Assembly: GCF_009914755.1 (NCBI RefSeq)
Contig: NC_060927.1
From: the human T2T-CHM13v2.0 reference genome, Homo sapiens
Length of the DNA stretch: 64,000 nt
Reading direction: 5' to 3' (one strand)
A program made the position numbers and the translations under genes. The notes beneath the pieces were generated by a model, which had not been told where the DNA came from, ran no database searches, and saw only the letters and a program-made list of their open reading frames with translations. Position 1 is the stretch's first letter, and each line of letters starts with the position of its first letter. Shown here piece by piece: positions 39,771 through 53,200 of this stretch.

Positions 39771-41169
39771 TGTGAGGATTAATGCCTTGTCTAACACAGA
39801 GCTATTATGTGAACTGTTTTTACACAAAAGAACTGTAACAAAAATGATTTGCCAGTCAGAGGACTAGAAATATGCAGTGCTAGGTAACTGAGGGGAGGGC
39901 TGTGCAGATATAAAGTGGTAACCATAAGCATGCATATTGACATCCTCCAAAGCATTTACAGACCCACTCTATCAACACTGAAATAGAGAATAACAAGACT
40001 TGTCAGGGACAGGTAGGACCCACCCCTGTTGTATAAATGCATTACACACAGCTCCAGTCTTTGGGGAGTTTAATCAATCTCCTTTCTCTGTCAAATAAAC
40101 TGTCACGTTACACTTTAGCCTTAGCATCCTTTGGAGGATTCTGCCTCCCTAAATATATTTGCCACTATCTTCTAGGAATGTTAGTGGAAGGCACGCATAA
40201 ACAAAATAGCCATGGGAACCTCCATTCTGTGCAAATGATTATAATACAAGAAATACCTTGGAGTGAAGAGTCAGTGAAGCAAGATATAATGTTGTGAATA
40301 AGGAACAGAGCTCACCAGAGAGTGAGAAGCAGCCAGAGGATACCGATAATTATTTATCACATTAGGTGACTATCACTACCTGTAGGATCTTTTGGGTGGT
40401 GTCTCTTATAAGTGACTTTGATTATTTGGGTTCATTGGCCTAGAATCTTTTTCAAGCAGTTCAAAATAAAATTTATTTAAACCCATTCAGTGCAGCCTGG
40501 TTTGAATTTTAAATAATGAACGTTCTCTTTTTTTTCATATAAAATCGTGTTTTTTTTTCCCCCCGAATACCTTTCCATCTTTTCTAAAAAAGAGTGGTAC
40601 CTTTATAAACCTTCTGGCACACGTGAATCTGGGATTTCTTTTTTTCCCCTGTAGACTTCATAATTTTGCACAAAAGTTTAGTCTATTTATTTTACAGTCT
40701 TGTACTTCTTAGTAAAGGGATATTAGAAATTTTGTCAATAAATGAAAGCTCTGATCTAGAAGTTAAAATTAAAAACTATTGGACCTAGGGATGGGTACAT
40801 AACTGAAGAATACATAATTGCCCAATGATTGACAGGGGAGCAAAAGCCCAACTGTTGCTGGTATTTGGCTGAATAATGTAAGCTATACTTTAAAAGAGCA
40901 GTGACTTTTGCAAACAGCAGCTGCAGCCAAGTAAAGGGCAGCCTTTATAGAAGTACAGTATCTGGGCCACTGGTATTTTCTGCACCCTCATGGATAGCAA
41001 CTTAGTATTACCACCAACAGCATACACTCCAAACGCAAAAGAAACTAATACACACTACAGAAGCACTAGAAACCACAACAAAGTCAACTAGGAAATATGC
41101 CAGTGAAAACCACAATTTCCTAAATCTGACACTTTTTTTTTTAAAGGTAAAGAAATCACTTTTACTTAC

Positions 41170-41209
41170 GTAAAGAGAAGGGGCAGGTCACAGACTGATG
41201 GTCAAAGAT
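41170..41209 (-). other. ZBTB20: 40-nt internal non-coding (5'UTR) exon, likely ZBTB20
   Basis: Minus strand reads ttttaattccttattttttctttgattttcag|ATCTTTGACCATCAGTCTGTGACCTGCCCCTTCTCTTTAC|gtaagt: branch-like TTAAT, long pyrimidine tract, CAG acceptor, GTAAGT donor. No ATG, and length is not a multiple of 3. The gene name rests on my recall of the ZBTB20 mRNA leader, not on a search. Confidence 0.78.
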
Positions 41210-41537
41210 CTGAAAATCAAAGAAAAAATAAGGAATTAAAAGCAAACCGATATATGATGCAAAACCAATATATAAAAGCAAAATGATACAGTGGGAAGAA
41301 AGAAAGCAAATCTAGGCATAGATGGGACTGGTTGTTCCTAAAGGAGCCTATTTTGTCACTTCTAGCCTCAAAATAAAGGAGACCCAGCTTCATAAAAACT
41401 TTCTAAAGGTATGACCCCCTGCTATGATGACCAAGACAGTACTTCCCAGCACAAGGAGTGCAAAGACCTTTCTTTGTTCATTTCATTCTAATCTGTATCA
41501 TATAGGATTTGGTAGAGCTATGTTACCATTTAACAAA

Positions 41538-41731
41538 ATAGCCACTAGCCACATTTGTCTATTTAAATTTAAATTATTTAACATTTAATAAAAAGCTAAA
41601 CATTTAGTTCCTCAGTCTTGCCAGCTTCATTTCAAGTGCTCAATACCCACATGTGGCTGGTGACTGCCTTACTGGATAGCACAGATAGAAAATGTTTCTA
41701 TTATTGTAGAAACTTCTATTGGGCAGCACTG
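41538..41731. mobile_element. MER3/MER33-like hAT-Charlie element
   Basis: tagccactagccacat...catttcaagtgctcaatacccacatgtggctggtg...ttctattgggcagcactg. Confidence 0.82.
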
Positions 41732-42148
41732 ACTAGAATAGGTAAAAGCTTTACTATACAGTACATGACCAATTTTAGCTAATTTTGACAAAGATGAGTC
41801 AAACCCTGATAAACTTTGTCTCTTTTAAGGTATATTTAGTATGTTTAATGTCCAGAAGTTCCTCTGAACAAATTCAATACATTCGTGTGTAGCTAAGAAC
41901 TCAGTCCTAAGTTTGCCCCGGACTTGCCTTCTAAAACTGCCTCTACCCCTTCTCACCAGCCTAGAATGTCCCCTCTATGGTGGAAAATAATCTGATAAAG
42001 TGATTTTAAACAAAGCTTCTCTCCCACCAAACACAACTCTGTTTGGTGATGAAAATTTCAGATGAAATGATGAAAATTTTAGATTTTGGAGAAGCTGACC
42101 CTAACAGTGTTCTTGTTCTATGTTTAAAATCTGATATTTCACTCTTTA

Positions 42149-42478
<330 letters not shown>

Positions 42479-42487
42479 CTATTATAG

Positions 42488-42850
<363 letters not shown>

Positions 42851-43559
42851 TAGAAGGATAAAACTGAAGTAGGAGGAGAGCCATGACAAATTAATAAACC
42901 AAAAAAAGATACTGAGAAAACAAAGCAGGTCCCCCTACCTCTAGCCCACTTAAATATATCAAGAATTTAATACAGGGTGATTCAATCTTGCCTCTCTGAC
43001 ACCATGATTTTAACAACTTCACATAAGGCCTCCAGAAATATGCAAAACAAACTTCACTAAAGGAGATCAAGTAGAAGGACCTGATTAAGTATCTTTGCAT
43101 TGAAAAGGCTAAAGCAGAAAACCAGCAATTAAAGACATCACCCTTCCTGGAAAGTTTCTGGGACAACTGCACTATTGTAGAGATTTCTTCAAAGAAATGA
43201 TTTCCCTTTGTGGTCAATGTGAAACCTTGCTCAAGTACATGCAGGTGTACTTGATGCAGGATGGTGACAAGACGAGTTAAGATGAAAATCTCCAGCCTGG
43301 ATTATTATAATGCTAATACAAGAGAGGCTGGAGATCTCCAATGCTTTCAAATTGTTTCACAAAATTCATGAGTTTAATGAAAATTTTAGGCAAGAGAATT
43401 AGATTATGTATGATTCATTGAAAGCACATACAAATTTGAAATATATATATAACACTGACTAGTCTTCAAAGATTTTAAAGCTCTAAGTTTTGCTATATTC
43501 TAGTCTTCTCTGCAAGCCAGGATATTAGACTATGGCACAGGGGCATATTTTCTTACCAT

Positions 43560-43660
43560 TTTCCTCCCTCCCTCTCTCCTTTCTTCCTTCCCTCCCTCCC
43601 TCCCTCCTTTCTTACATTCCTCTCTCTCTATTTCTCTTTCTTTCTTTCCCTCTCCTTTTT
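43560..43660. repeat. CT-rich low-complexity tract
   Basis: (CCTT)/(CCCT)/(CT)/(CTTT) blocks. Confidence 0.85.
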
Positions 43661-44698
43661 TGAACTTGCTGTCTTCTCTAACCTTGGGGAGAAGAAGAAA
43701 ATATTATTAGCAATTTTCTATGAAATATGTTCAATGATCATTTTTCTGTTGCATGTTATAAACCCAATAACTCTCAACAATATTATGCTCTTCTAAAATT
43801 ATACCTAGTGTTTATGTTCTTATATCTAAACACATAACTTTCTTTTCTAAATTTCAAGGTGCATTTATTCATAAAATTAGTTAAAATTAAATTTTTGATG
43901 TGATCAAAAGAGATCAATGTAAGTTGTACCCAAATTGACTAACACATCCAATGTCTGGAATGAAAAACTATCTTTCCTGGATGTCAAATGACACACAGGA
44001 TGGCTGTCAATGATAGGAATCCAAAATGGAGAGAAAAATTACAGTGTGTATGTCACAGTCTAAAACAAATTAAAGCCAAGTTAGATGGAAGTTTTATTGG
44101 ATATAATTGTTGTACTTATATGTTAATATAAAATGATAATATGATCCCAAACTTAATAGTATGGCTAAAAATTTAATCTCAGAGTTCTTACACAATTCAT
44201 AAATGTTCATAGGCATCAAAAGACACCTACTTCTTGACTGAATTATAATCTGCTATGTAATTCTGAGAATATGTATTAATCTACATAGATTTATATTTGC
44301 TCAATTCAAATTGTTATTTCATTGATACATGCTCTTTCCACCTAAGTGATATTCACCTTATATGTCTATAAGTTGTTTTTATCTGAAATGCAAAGAATTA
44401 TCTATAAAAGTTTCACAGAGGATTAAAAACATTTGCATTAAGCACACTTTGTTCAAAGCATAAATATATCTAGCAAAGAGTATAAAACTGTAAAGCCCAA
44501 GTAATTCAGGACGTTAAAATATCAGGGTGGAAGGTGGGGGATGAGCAGAGAGAGGGGGATGACGAGGGGTGAAGTTTAATCTTCGTATTATAATGTCTGA
44601 GTGGAAATTATTATATAGTGTCAATCTCCAAGAATCAAAAATATTATTAATTATAACTTTAAAGTCAATTCTAGTGTAGTTTATGTAAAGTTCTACAG

Positions 44699-44837
44699 CA
44701 GTGGTTTTCAACATTTTGAAGTGATACCGATCCCTATGAGAATCTCTTTCTCCAGAAAACTCCTCAAAAACACCAAGTTTCAAGGAACTCCTAGACTCCA
44801 TGAAGGCCATTCATGAATCCCAGGTTAGGAACCCCTG
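44699..44837. mobile_element. Short hAT-type DNA transposon remnant
   Basis: TIR-like ends cagtggttttcaac ... gttaggaacccctg. Confidence 0.6.
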
Positions 44838-47800
44838 GCCTAGGCAGACAGGGGAGAAAAACCCTCTTTCAATCCCATAGCTACTCACCTCTACAGAGTT
44901 TTCATGAAATGCTATAAACTAAAGCCAGCAGCAAAGAAAATGTATAAAAAAGAGTTCTAAGTGGGTAAGGGTATGTGGTTAGAGCCACACAGGCTTCTTT
45001 GAAGGCCTGCCAGACTCCTACCTTCCTAGTCCTTTATAATTTCTTTTTTAAAAAAATCTACAAAGCCTTAGCAACAATGGAGTAGAGGAGTACCGAGCAG
45101 AGAGATGATAATGATATAAGAATCACTATCTACTGAGTCCTTCAGGTACCTTGAGAAATAAATCCTTCCCAAATTTGGATATGAGTATACCCAGGAATGT
45201 GAGCAGTGTAACGGGAGTAGAAAAAGCCACAAAATAAATAGTAAATACATGGCTGTCTTCCTGGAGGGTCAGTATTCCTTGTGGGCAAGTAATTTAAAGT
45301 CTTATTTGCACACGTGTTCATTTATCCAATAACTACTTCTTCAATGTTATACCAAAAAGAAAACAGATACTGTTCTTGTCCTCATGGAACTTCCGGTTGA
45401 GTGAAACAAACAAGAATATATTGAGGAGCTGAAAGGAAAATCTGTGTATATATTTTTTGGGTGAAACCTGAGACTTCACTGAAAAGTCTTGTTTGTGGCA
45501 GACTACTTCAAGCAATGTCCTGGCAGGCACCCTTAGTATTGGATCACTCACTCTAACTTGAGGATCACCCAAGTGGAAGAGTTTGAGAAGCATGGTTAGC
45601 AGTGTATCATTTAATCCCCACTACAAGAGAAAATACTGTTACTTCCAATTTACTAGAGAAAAAAGAGAAATTTGAGAAATTAGGAAACAGCTCAGATCAT
45701 ACCGCTGCTGGCGTCTGAATAAGTGTGTGCCATTCCAAAATCTACATATTTTTAACCACTAAATTACACTACCTTTAGGAGTTTCCCACTTTATGTTTCC
45801 CCTTGAATCTGGGCTCATTCAGGATTACGCAGGCTAGTTTAAGCTTCTCTTTGGAAGCAGACAGGTTTGGCTTGATTTGCATTCTAAATATTTCACAGTG
45901 GTAAGCGAAAGCTATTATTATACCCATTTTATGGTGAGGAAGCTGAACCACTTGCCAGCTGAGGTATCTGGCTGGGTTAAAAACAGAATCTGGGTCGTCA
46001 GACTCTCATTCCTCTTGACTAACTCCAAGCCTAGGCACTATTACTGTCCATGGGCTTTTCTGAACATGAGATTCACACTGGGTGATAAAGAGTGAGACAA
46101 ATTCTGCTAAGAGAAAACAATAATAGTGCAATTGAAAAAAAGGGAAAATAAGTAATCATAACTCACACCAAAATTGGTTACTTTCAGCATTGTGAATAGA
46201 AAAGGGAGAGATTATTCATCACAAATGAGTCAGAAAATTAGAATGTGTCACTGCACTGATGACAGAGCTGAGGAATTTGGATGAACTGAAGTTTGACACT
46301 TATCCTTCTAGCTGAAGAGGGTAAATGGTGTGACAACAGGACAGAAATGACCTCTTATTTCCAATCTTAATTAATATTTCCAATCTTTTTTCCTTAACTA
46401 CTCTGTCTAAAAGTTAGATGGGTTTATATGTTTGTTTTCTATCGGTAGAGATAATGTTTTAACATCCCTTTAACGTTCTAGAAGTATTGCGTTAATTAAT
46501 TCTTATGTGGGAGTCATTCCAAATAGTAGGATGATGATTTTTACCTTATTGATTTTCCTAATACCTTTCTGGTTTCCAGTGTTTTCAAAGGATGAGGCAC
46601 TATTAGATTTTTAGATTTATATGTCTCTCAAAATTAAGTGCCTGTCAACTGATATTCCATCTTTACTCTGGATACATGATTTCCTTTATCTGACAGATTC
46701 AAAAAAATTTGTACTAGATTTAATGACATTTCATGCATCTTGAATTTGGGAGTTTTTAATTCTCTATTTTCTATTTGGCAAAAGGTTTACAGGAGAAAGC
46801 CAGATGCAAGGGTATTTATATGTGCATACAGAACCTGTGCCATCACTCTCTAGGTACTTTGGGGTTTCCTGCAGGACAGATTCTTGATGTATTTTCATTC
46901 CTTTTGGTCAGGAAGAAGAAGACTATAAATGCCACAAATGGTCATACATATCTTGGGGTCTGCTTTCCAAAACGCATATTATTTTGGATCCGTCTCAAGA
47001 AGAACAATAAGAGAATGATACTGAGATCTTTTTTTCTTAAGATGCTATGATAACAATCCTAAAAAATGGCCTGCCTTCAAAATTTTGATGATGAAATAAG
47101 GTTATAATCAATAAAGAGAGAAGATTTTAAAGTTCAGCAATTAGGTCTGGGACTGCTTCTGCGCCTGAGACATTGCCAAGATACAATGTAACACTCCATC
47201 CCACCCCATATGAATCTCCCTGTTCCTTCTTGATTCTTACGGGGATAGGGTCTGACAGACTAGAATGAAATGAAAGCAGTAGTGCTGGGAGGGGTGGCAA
47301 GGACCGAATTTGTTTAATACATTTAGGATGGTTTTTTATTGCTGCTAAACTAGACACAATTCCTTAGCATGATGACATTCAGGAATCCTTTACAATCTGA
47401 TTCCAAAGAACTTTCTCTTCTATATCTTAAACTACTGAAATTGTAGCTCTATAAATTCCAAAGGGATTGATGTACCAGGACCTTTGACTTATAGTAAACT
47501 GATCTTAAGGGATGCTGAAAAGGTTTGGCACTGCTATCATGTGGTCTAATCATTTAGACTTGTCACTACCAACTATTTGCTTAAGAGCCTCCAAGACCTT
47601 TCACAATCTGGCCCCGGCCCACCTCTCTACTTTTAATAAAAAATTTTCCCACTGCTGCTTCTTTATATACGGTGACAGCCTATTTGCTCTTCCCTGAACA
47701 TGGCCTGGGACATCTATGTCTCTGAGTCAGCTAACGGTTCACACTTGAATCTCCCAAGCCTAGCATAGTGTGTGAAACACAGCACGACACTCCAATGTTT

Positions 47801-48229
47801 GTTGAATAAATGCTGTCCGTCTATTTTAGGAGACAGAGATGACAGAAGAAAGTTGTTAAATCAGTAAATAAATAGCACCAGAGAGAGGTCAAGGAAAAGT
47901 TAATTTTAGTGCATTTTAGGAGTGGGGGCAAGATGAGCTTGAAGATTAGGAAAACTGATGCTCTTTATTCTTGGGTCTAGCCAATGCTATGAGTCAGTTA
48001 CTTTTTCGGGAACAAGTTTAAACCTCAAGGTTAAATGAACACAAATGCCCTGTCCATCAGCATATAATGAAAAAGTTGTGGCTATTTCCACATCAGCACA
48101 GTGAAATTAAAATATGCAGTGCCTCTCTAAGAGGCATCACATATGACAGAGCTTTTAAAAATAGTCCCCTTTGCCACTCAGGTATAGAAAGAGCTATAGA
48201 AACAAAAGCAAATGTTTGAAAAACTGAGA

Positions 48230-48585
48230 TAATTTAGCTTAGGGAAGAAAGAGCTGAGGTGTGTCTTTATGGTTTTTTGACTATAAGAAAAGTTGTTACA
48301 AAGAGGATAATGATCAGCATTTTTGTCCTAGGGCAAAATGACATTAAACCGTCCAGTGCAGAATTTAAGACTTAAAGATGAACATTCTAAATATGCAAGT
48401 GGTAAATAATCAAATAGATTGCTAAGAGCAGTTCTGAAATTTCTTTCTTCCTGACTCTCTTAAAATAGGAAAAATCTTCATCTATTTTGGATAAAATAAA
48501 TGCAGCTCTGCCTCCAGTCAGGAGAATGAATTCAATAACTTTTCTAGTCTTGTTTAACTCTGTATGATTCTATAAAATTCTATAA
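48230..48585 (+). mobile_element. CR1/L3 LINE 3' end
   Basis: tttagcttagggaagaaagagctgagg... ending in gattctataaaattctat, the CR1-type terminal repeat. Confidence 0.55.
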
Positions 48586-50228
48586 AATGTTCACCCTAAA
48601 AATTATACAGAATCACAATACAGTTGAGTAAAATACATTCTACAGTTTAAAAAGAAATAAGCAATACAGATAGTTGATAAGTTATTACATTCAAAATAGT
48701 AATATATGGTGCTCACGTTTTTTATTCAATTTGCCAAGTGCATATAACACAAATAAAATTGGGAAAAATGTACTTGAATCTACTAAGGCTTTAACATAGC
48801 GATTATCTAGAGTAAAACAGTCTAACAATTAATTCTTTCATGTCTAAGAAATTTGCTGAATATTTCATAAACCTCATATTGAATATGTATATAAACTCAA
48901 TTTCCAATTAAAGAAAAAGTTTTTTGAAGGTCCAGAAAGTAATATATGAACTCACTATTATTATTTCCTGGACCATCTTCAAAGACAACAGGAGAACCAC
49001 TAAACAATTCCTTTAAATGACCAAAATGTGCCCCATATGATTAAGAATGTAAATCTAATAACAGACTCACAGATAAGGTCTAACAGGGGTGGCAAGTTAC
49101 TGGCTTTCTTTGTCTATTTACCTTTTAGCTTTGGAGCTCAGCAGAAGTGTCCATTACATACAGCACAGGGTTAGATGAACAGCTCCAATGACCTTGTCTG
49201 AACCAAATTCATTTAAAGCAGTTTGCCACTTTTCTTAAATAGAAGATGAGTCCATTCTATCTATGGCCCAGATTTGGACTGGATCACTGAACTATTGCCC
49301 AACTCTTATAAGCAAAGCACTAACATGTACCAATCAACAGGCGAAGGCATCAGGAAGGTAAAAATACACATACATAAGAAACTGGCAGTAGATTAAAGAA
49401 GAAAGCTATATCTAAAGATGGACTTTGGCTTTTAAAGCCTTTGAGTGTTATTCGAATCTTGTTAACAAAAACAAAAACAAAATCTGCATTCCAATGTAAC
49501 TTGTAGAGAAGATCCAGTAAAAAAATGAATTCAAGAGAGAGAGAGAAAGAAATGTAGTTTTATTTTGCAACCCATTATTTCCATAAGAACATGAATCAAA
49601 GAGTCAGCTATGCCAATTTCTTCATAGCTGACTAGTTATAGGATATTGTTCTAGTCTTCACTAATGACTTCTTGAGGTTGGTTATTACTGTGATCAGGAG
49701 TTGGGAGGATAGAGGTCTAAGACCTTTCAAAAGAAACGTTTTGTTTAGTATCACTACAGAAAATAAAGTCAGCATTAAGCTAACTTTGACAACCTAACTA
49801 GGATAATGGTTGGTGCATGTAGCCATTGCTTATGCTGCTTCATAATGAATGGAACAGTAAAGGTGTCAAGTTAACCAGCAACTTGAATTTTGAAAAGCTG
49901 TGGCACAATAAGCTGATAACATAGGTTGTTAGAATTAGCAAAACTTACTTTCTGCTTCCCCCACCTTCTAGTCCTACTTATTTCCACATCCACATTCCTA
50001 TCACCAGGCAGTTAAAGAAACAGAAACAAATGCGGCTGAGACTGCTTCTTTGGGGATACTCTTAGTGAGCTCTCCATCTCCCCAACCACAACTTGCTCTC
50101 AGTTTGCTAAAAATATATTCATTTAATTGTTTTAATGCCTCTACTTAGGGGAATTTGCATTTTCTTAACTGTTGATACAAGATCTACATTCAGTTTTTTT
50201 CACAGGTAATAAGCAAAGTATTTGGGGA

Positions 50229-50271
50229 GTGTGTGTGTGTGTGGTGGTGGTGGTGGTGGTGGTGGTGGTGG
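50229..50271. repeat. (GT)7 followed by (GGT)9
   Basis: Seen directly. Confidence 0.95.
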
Positions 50272-53200
50272 CAAATTCCGTCCTAGATGCTTCGAGTTTT
50301 CCAAGTATACTGCTAAAAGGGGTCATTTGCTTCCCCACCTCAAGAAGCCAATTGTGCTTATAGTTTTACTTCAAATAAAGATATATACCTATAAATGCAC
50401 ACATCATACGTGCACACACACATATTCTTCTTCTCAAAAGTCATAAACATTTGGTGACTCTCTGTATACTCCATGAAGTGCTGTTACTACTAAAGTCAGA
50501 GTAATTTAGGCAGAAACATAAGAAACCCCAAATGGTTTGCACTGAAATTTTATTAACATATTTGTCAGTGTTTTCCTCATGGATAATCTCCATTGGTTCC
50601 TGGCTCCTTGTCAGCATATGCTCCAGGAGCCTCTCACAATATCTTTCTGCCCTAGAAATCCTGGCCTGTGAGATTTCCTTGTAAATATCTGAATTCTTGT
50701 ATTCACCTATTAATGATCCAGGGATCGAGGATGTTTTCTATCTGCTCCTTAACCTCCCACTTCAAGGATTAGATTGTAAACAACCTAGTGGGAACCCTTC
50801 AGGCCAAACCACAGCTGAACGAATCTCAGCAGGCAGGGAACCCGCAGCAGTCTGTGAAATACCGTGAAACACAATTACGAAAATATAAAGTATTCACCCA
50901 TACTTTGGGGAAGAAATTATGTTGTTTCCAAGATGAGACCTCAAAAATAAGGCTAGTATCCTAATTGAGAAAGACATGATTTTAAAAAGTGTCAGCAGAG
51001 GTAAATTTTTAAAAGTACCAGATTTGCCAGGTCCTTCTCAAACCATAGATTCATTTTCAGTATATGACAGTGGCCTGAGCCGACACTTCAAGGGAAGTCC
51101 ATTCATCTCTGACCAATGAAGCCCAAAGTACTCACTGCATGAAAGGGTTCCTTTCTTGTTTCCAAAGGCAATCAATTTTTGTCCTAGAGTCTGAAGGTTC
51201 ATGGGCTTTCTTTTAATTTTGTCAGTCTGCACATGCATGGTTCCTCCTGCATGATTTGGTCTGGAGGAAGTGACCCACCCACAACGCCACAGAGCTAATT
51301 AACCCCACACTGAGCTTTTTTTTTTTTCTCATTTCACACATCCACTCAATGCTTTAAATGACCCAGCAGCAGCATGATCATATGATTTCTTCCCCCTCAG
51401 TGAGGAAAGCATGGTGATGGGAGGAGCAGGGATATATCTGCCCTAATCAAAACAGCAGTGTGATCCTAAAATATTATCTAATTGCATTGCATCCGAGGGT
51501 GCAAAATACTAAGAAATCCCTGAACGAATCTCTTTCATGTCATTCATTTAACTTCTTGCAGTGTCCATTTGAAGTAGCAAATAATACATAAGAAACACTG
51601 AGGTAGAGAAGTTTGATCTATACTCAGAATGTTTAAAAAACATCCGATCTTACAGGGGGTAAAAGACCGAGAGCTCCTTCCCTATCCCGAATAGCTTCAA
51701 GAGAAGGGCCTTTTTTCCATTTGAAGGAACAGACTCATGTTTTTCCAGATTTATTTTTTCCAAAGGGAATGCCTTGAAAACTCTAAGATGATCACTGTTT
51801 TCTAACTTTTCAAAAAAGAAAAAAAAAAGTGAACATGATGGTGGTGGGTGATTTAATGGAATCAGCTTGTCAACATGATGAAACTGAAAAAAGCTTTTAT
51901 AGACTCTGTCCACATGCTAAAAAAAAAAAAAAAAGGCAACCTTTAAAGTTATGTGTATAGTATAGAGTGGTTTTTGTCATGGCAAAGAAAAGAAATATAA
52001 TTATCTTATGCAGTAAATGTAAGGCTCTGCTAAGAATCTCATTGGATAAATCATAGAAATACATCCTGGCCAGATAAATGGAGCCAGACAAGTTCTAGGT
52101 CTTGTAAGAAGCTTTCAAAAGAATCATCATATTGTAAGTCTGTCATCTCTGTAAGTGACAAGAAAAATTCTAGGCTATTTCCCTCGGTTCTACTAGTAAC
52201 ATGGCTTCAGAGTTTTAAAGATTTAGACTTAAATGGACAAGAAAATGACTTCTGAATATCCCATCTTAGGCAAACTATCGGATTTCTCTCATTCTTACAA
52301 GTAAGTGTAGCAAATTGGTTCACCTTGGAAGGACTTGGTTAGAGATCATATATGTCTTATGTGAACTTTTAACCTCTCTTTCCTTTGCAAAGTGATTTAT
52401 GCATACACTATTAAATACACAGGAATTCTATAATTCTTAGTTCAGTGAACAGTTAGTACAAGGGAAAATCTATCTAATATTTTAAATTTTTGTTTAGTGT
52501 CTTAAATCCTACACTTTAGAACTGGAGACCTTATAGATAAGTTCTATAAGGTCTTCAGTGTGCTGAAAAACACATTTGCTACTGCTCCCTAAGCTTCTCT
52601 TAGGTAAGGCTGCCAACTGGGGTAAATTGATGGATAAAACTAGCTCAATAGGCAAAAAACAAAGGTCCAGTGAAGCACAGTTTATTTTTATTTATACTGG
52701 TCAGAAATATCACAGTTAACAAATAGCCTAAATCAAGCTCTTATATCTAGGGCTCCAGCCTTTGGCTGAAGTGTCTCATCTGGTAATTCTGAAAAAAATA
52801 GGGTTGTTGTGATTTCAAAGACTCTCCTGCCCAGTAGACTTTTTCAGGCTCACTGATGCTTAGGATTCTAAAGCCTTTACTATGGTCTGTTAGACCAATA
52901 CAGTATGTCCCTTACTATTTCTCTGACTTCATCTCCTAACATTTTCATGCAAAATTGGTCCAACAGACAATAAAATAGACAGGGATAGGAATATGAATGG
53001 GGACTAAAAGGAACTAATTAATAAAAATTAGTTGCTTTATGTCCTTGTTAAATATCAACTCTTTCATGACAGCCTAATAAAGTTTCTGAACTTATCTTGA
53101 GAGTTGGTTAAGATAGGGGAGAATATACAAAGTATTTCCAACACCATGCATTCATTCATTAATTCAACAAATAGTTTTCCCGAGTCTATTATTGATTACT

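Noticed and set aside
50222-50446. Poly-Gly and poly-Val ORFs
   Set aside because: Products of the (GT)n(GGT)n microsatellite.
50602-50631. Imperfect hairpin ggctcct...agcatatgct...aggagcc
   Set aside because: Short, interrupted arms of a size expected by chance in 64 kb.
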